Of a stretch of DNA of 64,000 nucleotides, positions 25,424 through 39,507 are shown piece after piece. The position numbers and the translations under genes were made by a program. Source of the DNA: Eledone cirrhosa (taxonomy: Eukaryota); contig OZ024747.1 in the NCBI GenBank assembly GCA_964016885.1, positions 14,942,001 to 15,006,000 of the forward strand, written 5' to 3'. Position 1 is the first letter of the stretch. Each line of letters starts with the position of its first letter. The notes beneath the pieces are model-generated. The model was not told the origin of the DNA and made no database searches. It saw only the letters and a list, made by a program, of their open reading frames with translations.

Positions 25424-26277
25424 CAGCAAATATTATATCTATTTTTATAATGAAAAAGATGACGTTGATTAATTCTTCATTATAATATGCAAACACTGTA
25501 TTATAATATATTTGAAATAAACATAATTCATTTATTATGCACTTATATATTTTTGAAAAATATTTTTTTTTTCATTTATAATTTTTTTTTATTTTGTAAT
25601 ATCGTAGATCTGTATTATAATTTTTCTGTTTGACATTAAATAAATGAAATCATAGATGTAATATTTGAACTATTCCTCGACAATTTACTAGGAAATTACT
25701 CCTGTATAGAGTGTTATATTAGTTTTACTAAGGATTCTGTTGTTACATTGCTACTTGTTTGAAAACGAAATATAGCATAATGTATTGCTTGGTTGAGTCT
25801 GTCATCCCTGCAACAAGATATAAATATACATTTGTACATGCATATGACATGTGTACATATGTGCATAGGTACATATGTACATGCATGAATAAACGTATAT
25901 ATGTGTGTATATGTACTTACGAATGTGTGTGAGTGTACTTGTGTATGACATGCTGAGCGGTCAGAATCATATTTCAACATATTGCAGCATTTACACTTCT
26001 CATAAATTCGCAGCTATACAAACATATATATATATATATACATATATGTGTGTGTGTGTTTTTATCTATATGTATATATCTATCTATTTATCTTTCTCTC
26101 TCTCTATATATATATAAATATATATAAATACATATATATATATATATATATATATAAATACATATATATATATATATATATATATAAATACATATATCTA
26201 TATATCTATATATCTATATATATATATGCATATATATATATATATGTATATGCATATATATATATATATGTATATGC

Positions 26278-26318
<41 letters not shown>

Positions 26319-26498
26319 ATATGTATGTATGCATAATGCGTCGGTGTATCTCATGCAAAATATGTGCATGTATATACATTATATATGTGTGTGTGAATGA
26401 TTGTGCGTGTGTGTGATATGAGCGTCCAGAAACATGTATACATTTATATACATATGTATATATATGTAATAGATATATATGTATATGAATTGATATTA

Positions 26499-26540
<42 letters not shown>

Positions 26541-26553
26541 AATTCATATACAC

Positions 26554-27235
26554 AAAAGAATGAAATGAAATATCATTTCTCACTCTTAGTACGGCTGATA
26601 CTTAAATATAAGTATGTATACGTACATACATATATGTATACAGACGTACAGTAGTATGTATATATATACATACATGCATATATATATATATATATATACA
26701 TACATGCATATATATATATATATATATATGTACGTATGGGTTTACCGAACATTTATTATAATGTTCGGTTTGTTTGTAAACAAACCGAATATACACACTT
26801 ATATTTAAGTATCAGCCGTACTAAGAGTGTGAAATGAAATTTTATTTCATTCTTTTCCATTTATCGTATTGGGTACGCCCGGCCGACTAACTCACTCGAT
26901 ATGCAAACTAGGCTGCTCAGCCGTTAATATGCATAAGGAAAGTATATACTTACAAACGTTCAAATATCCGACAGGAAGGTATAGGGTGCTGACGATAGCT
27001 AATAAGCTTTAAAATAGTTCATCGTTCCTTTGTCAATGTTGAACAAAAGGGCAGCGATGGTTGCCGAACATTGTACGACTTAATTCGGGCTGTTTGTTTA
27101 CAAACAAGCCGAATATTATAATAAATATTCGGTAAACCCATACGTATATATATATATGTGTATGTATGTATATATATACATACTACTGTACGTCTGTATA
27201 CATATATGTATGTACGTATACATACTTATATTTAA
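26554..27235. repeat. Two interlocked fold-backs (26554-26613 / 26797-26856 and 26602-26785 / 27092-27235)
   Basis: Direct reverse-complement matches. A small perfect hairpin TTCGGTTTGTTT-GT-AAACAAACCGAA at 26764-26789 sits at the junction. Confidence 0.9.
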
Positions 27236-27426
27236 ATTCATATAAATATATATATATATATATATACAATATATACAGAAACACACAGATACATGCGGAC
27301 ACATACATACACATGTATATATCCACATATATCCCTGAGTTAGTGGTACCAACCCCAACCGATGTTGCTCTATGAATAACTGGGACAAACCAATCCGAAT
27401 GGATTAGATTGATTCAGTATCAGAGC

Positions 27427-28009
27427 TATATAATACATTATGAAGAGAGAAGAAACATTAGATATAATTAGTAATAAGATATATCATACCTAAACTGCTT
27501 CTATAGTCCCCGACTACGTAGTTTCGTAGCATATTATGCAAAAACACTACATCATAGAGATATATATTCTCTATATATTGTTTATAACTCCCTTTGGTCG
27601 AGTAACCTTTGAAGTGTAGTGACTGCTGGACAGCTACCATTACTCATACTCTTCGCCTACTCAAACCACCTCTTCTACGGCTTTGATATAAATACCCCCT
27701 CCGCCTCCGTGGTATTTTTTTCAGGGTTATAAGGGGCTTAGCTCTGTTTCTTGACCGCTGTATCACGTGATTGACTCCCCCTCCGCCTTTCGAGATTCTA
27801 TCTCGCGCATCACAGACGTGCTTTGAAACCCTTAATGAGGTATCCTCTTGATAAGTCGGCAGACCTCACAAAAACTCTATATCTCTATTATGTAGTGTTT
27901 TTGCATAATATGCCACGAAACTACGTAGTCGGGGACTATAGAAGCAGTTTAGGTATGATATATCTTATTACTAATTATATCTAATGTTTCTTCTCCTCTC
28001 TTCATAATC

Positions 28010-28018
<9 letters not shown>
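27427..28018. repeat. Fold-back with ~140-bp arms (27427-27564 / 27878-28018)
   Basis: Direct reverse-complement match. The right arm overlaps a hammerhead motif. Confidence 0.95.
27843..27935 (+). ncRNA. Minimal type I hammerhead motif, U3-A8 variant
   Basis: TCCTC-TTGATAA-GTCGGCA...TGCCAC-GAAA-CTACGTAG-TC-GGGGA. 8-nt palindromic stem III, GUC triplet. Confidence 0.8.
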
Positions 28019-28063
<45 letters not shown>

Positions 28064-28162
28064 TCATATACATATATATTACATATATATACACATGTAT
28101 ATAAATGTATATATGTTTCTAGACGCTTCATATCACACACACACACACACACACACGCATAT

Positions 28163-28197
<35 letters not shown>

Positions 28198-28200
<3 letters not shown>

Positions 28201-28557
28201 CTTTCACCGTATTTTTGACTAAGGAATTTTAGCCTGATAATGGGGTTTAGAACCCTCACATAAATGGAAAAAGATGAGTATTGACGTACATGGGAGTCGA
28301 ACCCACATCTTTGGTTATCGCGACCATTGTGTTACCATTACACCAACATGATGTGTTGGTGTAATGGTAGCACAGTGGTCGCGATAACCAAAGATGTGGG
28401 TTCGACTCCCATGTACGTCAATACTCATCTTTTTCCATTTATCTGAGGGTTCTAAACCCCATTATCAAGCTAAAATTCCTTAGTCAAAAATACGGTGAAA
28501 GCTAAATATTTTCTAATTGCAAACCTGCTCACTGTTTCAAAACATACTTACTTGCCA
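28198..28557. mobile_element. (TA)n-flanked palindromic element (arms 28198-28348 / 28354-28504) with back-to-back tRNA-like heads
   Basis: 151-bp arms, 5-nt loop, few mismatches. Related copy at 40786-41059. Confidence 0.85.
28350..28420 (+). pseudogene. tRNA-like sequence (tRNA-derived head, not a canonical tRNA)
   Basis: Acceptor GATGTGT/GTACGTC, D arm GTGT-AATGGTA-GCAC, T arm GTGGG-TTCGACT-CCCAT, T5 at 28430-28434. Anticodon loop CGCGATA lacks U33 and purine 37. Confidence 0.7.
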
Positions 28558-29254
28558 TATATATATATATATATATATGGATAGGTGCGAATTTATGTAA
28601 ATGCTTCAATATGATGAAATATGATTCTGGTCGCTCAGCATATCATACACAAGTACACTCACACACATTCATAAGTACATATACACACATATATACGTTT
28701 ATACATACGCATGTACATATGTACCTATGTAAATATGTTATATGCATGTACAAATGTATATTTACATGTTGTTGCAGGGATGACAGACTCAATCAAGCAA
28801 TACATTATGCTCTATTTCGTTTTCAAACAAGTAGCAATGTAACAACAGAATCCTTAGTAAAACTGATATAACACTCTATACAGGAGTAATTTCCTAGTAA
28901 ATTGTCGAGGAATAGTTCAAATATTACATCTATGATTTAATTTATTTAATGTCAAACAGAAAAATTATAATACAGATCTACGATATTACAAAATAAAAAA
29001 AAATTATAAATGAAAAAAAAGATATTTTTCAAAAATATATAAGTGCATAATAAATGAATTATGTTTCTTTCAAATATATTATAACACAGTGCTTACATAT
29101 TATATTGAAGAATAATCAACGACATCTTTTTCATTATAAAGATAGATATAATATTTGCTGAATGGTGATGTATGCCCCCCCCCCACACACACACACAAGC
29201 GCGCATATATATATACACATATATATAATATACTGATGATACGGCTGCTATCTA

Positions 29255-29770
29255 CATATTACACAGTTTCTTTGAAAATGGTCCTCACCATTAAGAAGAT
29301 TGAAACAATTAGTGTCGGAGTGCAAATGGATTTTTATATTGATTGGCAAAAGTTCGATAGATTGGAACACTTGCAATATCTTGGCAGCTATGTCACCAAG
29401 GACTGTAACCTAGATTATGAGTTTAGTGAACGTCTTCAAGCTACCTTTTGTGATGTAGGTAAACTATGAGTGAGTCTTTCAATCCAGGGAACTGACCTTT
29501 AAGATTAAACCTAAAGTGCGTAAACCAATGCGTGATTCCTCTCTTGTAGTATGGAAGTGGGACTTGGTCTCTCAATCGTTACCTCATACGACGTCTAAGA
29601 ACAGTTCAGCAATGACATCTTAGGTTTATTCTCAAAATCAAATGTGATTAATTTGTCGCAAACGATTAGGTAATCAAACTAGCAAAAACTCCCGATAAGG
29701 AAACTATCCTCGTAAGGAATAGGTTCAAATGGGTTAACCGGATCGACTGATATAATGAACGAACTATGTC
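29255..29770 (+). mobile_element. Degenerate RTE LINE fragment (region after the RT domain)
   Basis: LEHLQYLGSYVTKDCNLDYEFSERLQA, then after frameshifts IPLL*YGSGTWSL and HLRFILKIK. Confidence 0.8.
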
Positions 29771-32166
29771 ATACTACTAATTTAGAGAGAAGAGGAACGA
29801 CAAAAATACCTAACCCAGTACATTACTGGTACTTTATTTTACTGACCTGTGAAATATGAAAGGCAAAGTTGACTTGGGTAGATTTGAACTGAGAACATAG
29901 AAAGCCGTATAATTTTATCCGGTACTCTATGGATATTTTCAGTCAACCAACATATGTGTGGAAATGATAATGAGCATAACACTTTATAATGGCGCATTAT
30001 TGATGACAATTTCATAAGGCTACAACATGATCGATTCAATCGACTCTCTTGTTCAGTTAGTTGTTTTAATGCCAATAAACATTCCCAATTCAGCAGATCT
30101 ATATTCATTAAATATCCAGCAATGACAGTCCAGTTTTTTATTTCTTCTAATTTAGAGCATCTAGGGCTTTGTAGAATATTTTCCTTTTTGAGAGGGCCGT
30201 GTATGATTTGAAGGATACTTAGAGTCTCTCTTTCTACTAAGGCAATGAACCATATAAGAGTTCCCTTACCAAATGAACTTATTGTTTTATACAATATTAT
30301 TTTCTTGTGCCAAAAGTAGAAATAATTATTTTCTTGTCTTTTTTTCGAATATTGTTAAACGTGATGGTTTTCTTTCTTTTTCGTTCCTAAATTTAATCGT
30401 TCTATTATACGCATCAAGGTTACATAAGTTAAGTTTTAGTTATCTATTGATGTCGATTAGATCTCCTTTCATAGTGGTCACTATCCAGCATCTTGAAAAT
30501 GGGGCTTTTTTGAAAGTTAGAAATCAATTATTATTTCTAGCTTATTTTATTGATTTTTACTTTACGCAGAAAGCCTCTAATGTATTCGGAATTTCAATTG
30601 TATCGTTCAATTTCGGTATTTAACTGGTGCTTTATTTTATTACTGATGAGTAAAAGCAATCTGGACCTTTGTGGGAGAAGAACAGAGGATGTAAAACGCC
30701 ATAACAACATATTGTAAGGAATTTTGACCGACGTTCTTACGATTTTGCCAATACACCGCCCTTTCCCAGCTTATGATAGTGCTAGAATTTTAAGTTTACA
30801 GTTGTAAAGCAGGTATTATATATTATGTATCATCAATAAAGCCAGTAGCAAATAAAGTGTATGACAGAATTATTAAATATGAGACGGTAAATAGAAAGAA
30901 TAACAGGGGTGTTAAAAACTGAGATAGAGCTAGAGAGACAGGAGAGAAATTAAAAGAGAGAAAGAAGTGGTCGAAGAGAAGAAAGATAGTTAAACTAGAA
31001 AGATATCATATTATAAGTCAAAAGCAGAAATAGAATTATATAATATATTTATATACTGAAAATATATTTTTATATCACACGAGAATGTGGATATCACGTC
31101 TAGTATATTATTTATGTGAAAATATCAATTCAACATTTTATTTTATTTTTTTCATTTAAGAAAATGAACTTTCACTTTCAATTCATATTTTTTTCCCAAA
31201 TCTGTTTTTTCAGCCAATTCAGCTTCAAATCTTTTTAGTATATATTTATTTCCGAAAATAAAATAAACAAACCGAAGCCGTTTTATTTTATTCTTCAAAA
31301 ATTATCTTTATTTTTAGTATCTTAATCTTCTCTATTTTTTCTCAATTTTACTTTCATGAAAGCGTATCCGTTTTGTGGATATGAAATTTCAAAATAAGTA
31401 AAAAGATATAAATTTACACATATCAAGAATGACACGTTCATCATTTTATTATCTCTTTGATTTTTTGTTGTTTTTTTGGTAAGTAATGTTCCTGTCGAAT
31501 TGCATGTCTGTATCATAAAAATATTATATTTATGTATATTTTTACTCGAGCCTAAATTATTCCCCAGTTGGAGAGTTTGTCTTACAAGTAGTATATTGGG
31601 AGGAATCTAAGTATGATGCCAACCCTCTTCACATGACATTCTTGCCAGCTTTTGAAGCCAAAATACCAAACTAACGAAATGCTAGAAATACTAATAAAGA
31701 GAGTGTACAAGTATATAATTCAGAGGCGGGGAACATCAGAAATAAAGCACAATATTAATTGGCGGCTACAATTACTTTAATTATTTCCGCAAAAATGGAT
31801 ACATACACTTCCGCATATGTATCGATCTTATTATAGCAATCAATTCGCCCGGATTAAACCAATAAAGAATAAAATAAATTGCCTTTCACTAATTTAAAAG
31901 ATACCAATAAATATACAAAGAAATTTGATGACTTTGTAACCGCAGGTATACTGGATAGCTACATTGGAGTGGATTACACGAGGAAACAAATAAATTCACT
32001 CGATATTGTGGCTGTACTCGGTACCAGAAGATATCAATCCACAAGATGGTAAGTGAGAATTAAACGTGGTCAATGGAAAAATATGTTTATTGAAGTAACA
32101 ACAAATGAGACTAGAAACGAGTCAACGCCCCCTCTCCACAAGAGGAACAAAATCAATCGGTTTTAT

Positions 32167-32508
32167 TGTAAGCCCCACTCGGTCACGAATGACCACGGTT
32201 TTGCACTTAGAATATTTCCCTCCGAGGCACAAGCCTGGGCAAGGTTTGTTTTGTGGAAGACCAGTAGTGGCCCATGCATACCAGTCTCCCTACTCCACGG
32301 CACCAATGTTGTCCAAGGGAAATGCAATGATCGATTCAGCTTGGCACTAGTGACTTCGCAACTCATTTCTACAGCTGAGTAAACTGTAGCAACGTGAAAT
32401 AAAGTATCTTGCTCAAAGACGCAACACATCACCCGGTCTGAGAATTGAACTCACAACCTCTCAATTGCAAGCCCAATACTCTAACCACTAAGTCATGCGC
32501 TTTCACAT
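32167..32508 (-). mobile_element. tRNA-derived SINE family B, full length with TSD
   Basis: Minus head GCGCATGACTTAGTGGTTAG...GAGTTCAATTCTC, then TTGAGCAAGATACTTTATTTCACGTTGCT. 12-bp TSD AATCGGTTTTAT at 32155-32166 and 32509-32520. Confidence 0.88.
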
Positions 32509-33049
32509 AATCGGTTTTATATGTACACTTTAATAAGTGATTAGATAATTGTCCATTGATTAGATAACGATGTGTGATCTATGTAGCGTTTCGGAGGATT
32601 TTTGGTTGAAAAGTTTAATCAGGTGCTAGCATATTATTGATTCACACAATTAGTCTATAACAATAATAGAAAGACGAGCAAGAAAAACACATGAAACAAA
32701 ACGATAAATTGTAAACAACTTTATTGTAACAAACAGTTGGGTCTAGTTTTGTTCTTATGAGCTGTTATAGATTCATTTGTCTTGGCCAGGGTGTATAAAA
32801 AAGGAATTCATCTTGTACGTGGGACAGGAGCCTAAACCGAGACAAAGAAGGTCACGTTTATTACACCTTCCTTGAATTTTCAGAGGAGTCCTCTAGCTTG
32901 AGGTCCCGAAATTATTTTTTTCCGCCTTGCGAAATTTCTCGGGTGATCCGGTCATGCATGTACTACTAAATTAAGGATGATCGATCAGAAAAAAATTGTA
33001 GAATGCCGGACAAAATATCTTTTAGAATTTAGTTATATCACAGTCATTT

Positions 33050-34190
33050 CTGATTTACACCTCACCGAGGTCGGTTTTAGCATTCTAGAGAGGGTTGACT
33101 AAAACATGGTCAAGTACTGGAATCGATTTAATCGGCTGTACTGTCCCTACAAATATGTAAGTAAGAGGGAAATACTACTACCACAATCATCAGTGAATTA
33201 GTAGATGTATTTGAACATCAAACAAAATGTTTCACTCTGCTTAGTTACAAAGATTTACGTCAGAACTTTAAATCATATTAAGCCAACTTTATATTTCATC
33301 TTTATCAGAATCAATAATTAATTGCCTGTGAAAGGTTGAGGGTGATATTATCGTAGACTTAATCACCCAACTAGTTTAAAACCACTGTTAAGAAAATATG
33401 CATGTATTTGAGTTCAAACTGTTGGAAACATTCGGGCCAGGTTTAGAGATACGTTTCTACTTCCATGCAGCCCAGTAATTTCGTAGGCTCTGAATAAAAC
33501 ATGGGCACTGCACTTATAAACAAATATTAATAACAGAAGGAGAAATGCTATGTAGGCTGTATTCCGGCTCTTTGCGTTCGGAATGCAAATTCTTGCCTTC
33601 CATCCTGCCGGAAATCAACAAAATGAATTACATTTACTAACGTCGATTTAATTAATCTTTCACCATAAAAATTATCACCTTGTTACTATTATCACTAATT
33701 TATTATCACTAACAGTCTCGAAGTGCGTTGGATTAGCAGAATTGTTAGAGTATTGGACAAAATGTTTTGCAGTATTTGTGTACGGTACTTTACGAGGTCG
33801 ATAAAATCAAATAATAATCATATACTGGGTAGATTCAATCAACTCTCCCCTTCCCTCCAAATTGCTAGCTTTTTGCAATGTTAGAAAAACTTTGAAATAA
33901 ACTCGTACTACGTCGGTTGCGACGGCGATTGTTCAAGTTACAATAAACGGAAGAGTCTGTCCGCAAAATTAATCCGCAAGTGGCTGAGCTTCAGGGAGAT
34001 TCAGCGTGTCAAACAATGTGACAGAACTGGCCGAATGAATTACAGGTACGGCTCAGTTACGGCTCATTTGTTTCCAACTGAATGGACTGAAGCAACATGA
34101 AATAAAATGGCTTTCTCAAAGACACAAAGTACTATAGAAAATCGAACTCATGCCCTTGCGATCGTTAGCCACAAAACCACATACCTTCAC
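33050..34190. mobile_element. Cluster of decayed SINEs (family A + at ~33050-33150, ~33550-33660, ~33725-33890; family B - at ~33905-34190)
   Basis: Recognisable GAGGTCGATAAAA, TACTGGG...GATT and GCAACATGAAATAAA...CTCAAAGACACAA segments. Confidence 0.6.
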
Positions 34191-34602
34191 GTTACTAGTC
34201 TCTAGTAATATATTACTACCACTCTACACACCTTTCGAATTAAGACAGCAAGAACAACGACAACAATAACAACATTCCATCTAACCGCCTTCAATTATTT
34301 ACCTTTATTAAGTATTCATTCTTTATCTCTTTATAGATGAAAAAGAAGTTGAAAACGAGACAAACGTAACCAAGGAAAGAACAACAAAAAAGAATAGTAA
34401 AAAACAAAAAAAAATCTATTAACCCGGATTATAAATTATCAACCCATTAGTGAATTATAGTTAACATTAAAGTTATGCCGGAGGGTGAAGTTATTGTCTA
34501 TAGACACCCTGTACCTAGCGTTGGTTTTAATGACTGCTATTCAGTATAAGAAAAAGAAGGAAATATTCTGACAATAGCTTTAATTAATATATACATACAT
34601 AC

Positions 34603-34692
<90 letters not shown>

Positions 34693-35169
34693 ATGTGTGT
34701 ATGTATGTATGTATGTATTGGTAGATTGTATGTATATATAGATAGATTGTTAGATATATACATGCATACATACATACATACATACATACATACATACGTA
34801 CGTACATATATATATAAATACTATCATACACGTGTGTATATATATATATATATATGTGTGTGTGTAACGAAAATACTAAATATATACATTAAAGTTTATG
34901 ATAATAACAAACAACGTATGATAAACTGTCATGCGTGACGACTTTTCCAGGTGAGTAATGCGAAACTCGGAGTAATAACAGCACAAAATCCGTTTTAAGT
35001 GGTAGCCTTCTATTACCTTAATTTGAATTCTCTTACGAAAACGAAAAAATAATTCTCTTCTCGTATCTAAGTTAGAAGCATTTATAGTAATTATGAATTC
35101 ACACACATATGCAAACATACGCAAACACATACGCATACACACACACACATATCAATCAATCTATCATTC

Positions 35170-37110
35170 TATCTATCATTTTTTCCTCTAAACAGGATAC
35201 GTTTACTTTATTTGTTGTTGAAAATGTTGTAGAAAATATGACACGCAATATTAGGGTATGTTATATCCTTTATAGTCGCCCGATTATGTGCTGGTATCAC
35301 AAATCTTTGATCATTTTAAAAAATCCATAAGATTGGCTTTTAAATAAGATTCCAGGAATAGCATTAAAATATTTTCAGTGAAGGGATTTGAATTGAAAGC
35401 TAGAGTAGATGCAAACAATGATTTGGGGATTGTTATGATAACTTCATAGCCTTTAAAAAGTACAAGCGCTACTTGATAGCAATCAGCAATGCTTGCCATA
35501 GACCTGCAAAATCATTAACGCTTTGCTACTCCAACTGCAACTGTTACATGGACATCACTGTATGAGTATGAGCATCCATTCCCTGATGACAATTGAATGA
35601 TTTATAACAACAACAGCATAAAAATAATGAATGCAACATCACCTAAAACAGTAAAGAAAATCAGTAATAAACATATTTTATCAGTATAATGAGCCGTTTG
35701 ACAAGCCAGACTTACAACGGAAAGTCTGAAGCGTAGAAGAAAAAATACCCGGGTGATATTATGCACCGTGTGCTAATGACACTTTCAATCATGGAAATGA
35801 ATGGCTTAAAACATGATCCACTCCATAAAACAAACGGTGTAGCCTGGCAGTCATTCAAATCTCAGGTGGAGTGCACTGATGTCGTGCTACCTGATTCCAA
35901 ACAGATGTGACGAATATTTGCCATATTTTAAGCAAGGAATAGTGGATTACAAACAGTGGAGTTTCACACATAATTCATAAGTCCGTTTCATTGCATGGGA
36001 CGTGCCATAGAGTGCTACAAAAAGTGGAATTCAGTAGACATGGTGAGCATGTCGCTTCATTCTGTTAAAGGCAAATCGTTAGAACTAGACATTCTGTTTC
36101 ATTAACTACTTTATTACTCACCAAATATGCTTGTTACAGTAGGGTAGACTTCTACCGCAACGGAAATCAATGTGGTAGTAAGCAAAACGGTGTGATCTGG
36201 AGAATAGTGAGAGTGATAAGAGACTAATCAAATAAGGTGTAATAGACACATTCATGTCCATAATTCTGCTTTAAAGATTTGAGGTTTTTCGCAAAGATGT
36301 TCACCAACACCTCACTCATTGCCAATAATGTAATTGGAGACGCGCATAGTTGTGTGACATCCAGGAGACCTTCCCACTATAAGCTAACAGCTATGTGATG
36401 CAAAATAGAAAGGTGGGGGAATAATTATAGCTTCACTAGTCTGCAGATCAATTTTGATTAGTTTACACCTAATATTTGTTTGTATTGTAACCTACCTTCT
36501 GAGGCGGGATCGCTACAATATACTAGCATCTGCTCAGCAATGAAACCAACAGACCTCCTTAGATAATCGCTTCAAGTCATGTGGCCTGTCTGTCAATATT
36601 TACTCATTTCCTCTCTTATATGAATCTTGGTGCTGGAGATATTGATATGGATGGTGTGGTCGTCGAGAAGCATGTCCATAATTGTTAGTTATGGCTTCTG
36701 TATCTGAATCAGGCTTCCGTTAATGTGTTTGGGATGAGGTTTAAACCATGCCTTCAAATGAAGAAATACTGAAAACATGTCTTCAGGGGGGTGGGTCATC
36801 TCACTCAGTGATTGTTTGAGAGGAAACGAAAAGGCCATATGCTTTACTTCCAACTGTTCCTCGTGTCTTGTAAGAGGAAACAACTGTCCAGGTTGTTGGA
36901 CGTGCATTTTCATTTCTGATAAGGCGTAGGTTTCACTATGCAGGAAATTCTTTCTGCTGCTGAAAGGCGCACTCAGGGAATCTCGGCATACCTTTGCATA
37001 AGAGACACATGATTGGGCTGAGTGTGATGCACAAGTTGAATTAACTGAACAGCAAGTGCTACTACGGTGACTATTGCAACGTCGAACCCTGTGTAGGTAC
37101 ATTTCGTGCT
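35170..37110 (-). pseudogene. Probable decayed intronless family-B (adhesion/Methuselah-like) GPCR
   Basis: About 2 kb free of microsatellites, with coding-like composition. Cys-rich N-terminal part RRCNSHRSSTCCSVNSTCASHSAQSCVSYAKVC (somatomedin-B-like spacing). TM1-like LLLIFFTVLGDVAFIIFMLLLL and TM2/TM3-like VTVAVGVAKR**FCRSMASIADCYQVALVLF. Many stops and frameshifts. Confidence 0.4.
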
Positions 37111-37340
37111 AAATTTCTTTCTGTTGTTCGTTTTTGGTCATTAAATACGACAATTTTATCCTGAATTCAGGCTTTTATCTCATTCGAATTGCATTAGGTG
37201 GATATCCCTCAGTTTGGGTGTGTTCCTCATTCACATTTTATTGTTATCTATCTTTCTCATTCAAATTAAAATTACATTGAGTTGTTTTTTTCTTTTTTTA
37301 ACTGTCCGCAATGACATGAGCCCTTGAGGTCTATACATCA

Positions 37341-37745
37341 TCTTCTTCTTCTTCTTCTTCTTCTTCTTCTTCTTCTTCTTCTTCTTCTTCTTCTTCTTCT
37401 TCTTCTTCTTCTTCTTCTTCTTCTTCTTCTTCTTCGTCTTCTTCGTATTTTTCTTGTAGTTTTTTTTTTCATAGAATTGTTATGATTGTTGTTATTATTA
37501 TCGCTGCTGTTATTACTATAGTGGTAATGATTTTGATTATGATGATGACGATAATGATGATAATGATGATGGTGATGGTAATGATCATAATAACTCATGA
37601 GGATGATGTTCATCGCTATCATAACGATGACGACGATAATGATATTGAATATGATTACGACGATGATGATGATGACATTGTCGACGTTGATGAAGACGAT
37701 GACAATGACAATGGCAATAATAACAATGAAAACGATGTGTTTCAT
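37341..37745. repeat. (TTC)n followed by degenerate (GAT/TAA)n trinucleotide repeats
   Basis: Direct reading. Confidence 0.95.
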
Positions 37746-38107
37746 GAATGAATGAAACAGTATTAAACAGCTGATTACGTATCTTGTAAAACATTCGCTA
37801 AAAGTCTATTTATCTTCTAGGCATAATATTTACAATATATAAAATTATCTTCCCCTATAGAATAACACAACACATGAGAAAACCTTTATCTATCATTAAT
37901 ACTTAAGCTATTGTATGAGGCTTGCCAAAATCTCTCGCCTCTGGCTATGTTGAAACCCTAACAGAGTTGTAAAATGATGGAAGCTTCCTCGCTAGCTTCC
38001 TTCTCTCGCTAATCTCAAACAGTTAATGATATGTAACTGGTTCCATTTTCCCCCTAAGATTTTGAATTGAATGTGAATGTGTTTGATAATATTAATGTGT
38101 GTATGAG

Positions 38108-38144
<37 letters not shown>

Positions 38145-38249
38145 CCAACTCTGATATAAATATGTACATACAAACATGCATGCAAACATACATAATCCCG
38201 TACATACTTACACATATATACAGATACAATATATGTATATTTCTATATG

Positions 38250-38320
<71 letters not shown>

Positions 38321-38360
38321 GAGTGTGTGTGTGTGTGCGTGTACGTGTGTTGCGTGTGTG

Positions 38361-38431
<71 letters not shown>

Positions 38432-38552
38432 CGTGCGTATGTGTTTGTGTGTATATACATGCAGATATGTATAATCACAGATACACATAGAATTATTTTA
38501 TTGTCGTTTTGTAATGTAAAGCTATGGGCCCTGTTTATGTAAATATTGAGAT

Positions 38553-38624
<72 letters not shown>

Positions 38625-38625
38625 A

Positions 38626-38705
<80 letters not shown>

Positions 38706-39069
38706 ATTCACGTTTTTAGTTCCATTTCAAAGAATTAGTAGTTTTAGAGACTTAGTGATAATTTCAGACGTTCTACAGTATCAGAAATAACGAATGTGTG
38801 CCTCTATTTGCAAAGAATGTGAAACTATTAGTTCCATCTAAAACAATTTTGCTTTGATTTTGTATGTGAAAAGAACGTTAGATCCTGAAATATTATGTTA
38901 TTGACTAAGAAAACTATTACATTGTTTTATCGTATTTGTTATCCTTCTCCCCGTATTTCTACATTTCTACAGCATTGCATCTGCCTTCTGAAATAGTTAT
39001 CAGTCATTTATTACATATCTCTCCCTCGCTCACACACACAAACACATATATATATATATGTATACACAA

Positions 39070-39135
<66 letters not shown>

Positions 39136-39366
39136 AATAACAGATTAAAGTTTAAGCAAAGAATCGCTGCTTTCACCCTTAACGGGATCATCTCTATTTA
39201 TTTCATTATATATATTTCTAAGATATAAAGTTTCATGTATAACATAAAGCAAAACATGTCCTCCTCAGAGAAAATACATAGAAAATGTGCGGACTGGACA
39301 GATCGGTGAACACCGGGCATATATATATATATGTGTGTTTTTATGTGTTTTTATATTCATATATAT

Positions 39367-39507
<141 letters not shown>

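Larger units (their letters stand above)
25411..29173. repeat. 3.8-kb nested inverted duplication
   Basis: Outer arms 25411-26019 / 28580-29173, continuing inward as 26409-26491 / 28061-28140. Arms differ by scattered substitutions and small indels. Confidence 0.95.

Noticed and set aside
28350-28420. Functional tRNA gene
   Set aside because: The anticodon loop lacks U33 and purine 37, the acceptor stem has three G-U pairs, and it sits in a repeated palindromic element.
25714-28871. Pair of paralogous ~87-aa ORFs (25714-25980 minus, 28611-28871 plus)
   Set aside because: The similarity is explained by the inverted duplication. They are low complexity with no protein motif.
37338-37794. Protamine-like poly-Arg, poly-Asp and poly-His ORFs
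   Set aside because: Translations of (TTC)n and (GAT)n repeats.
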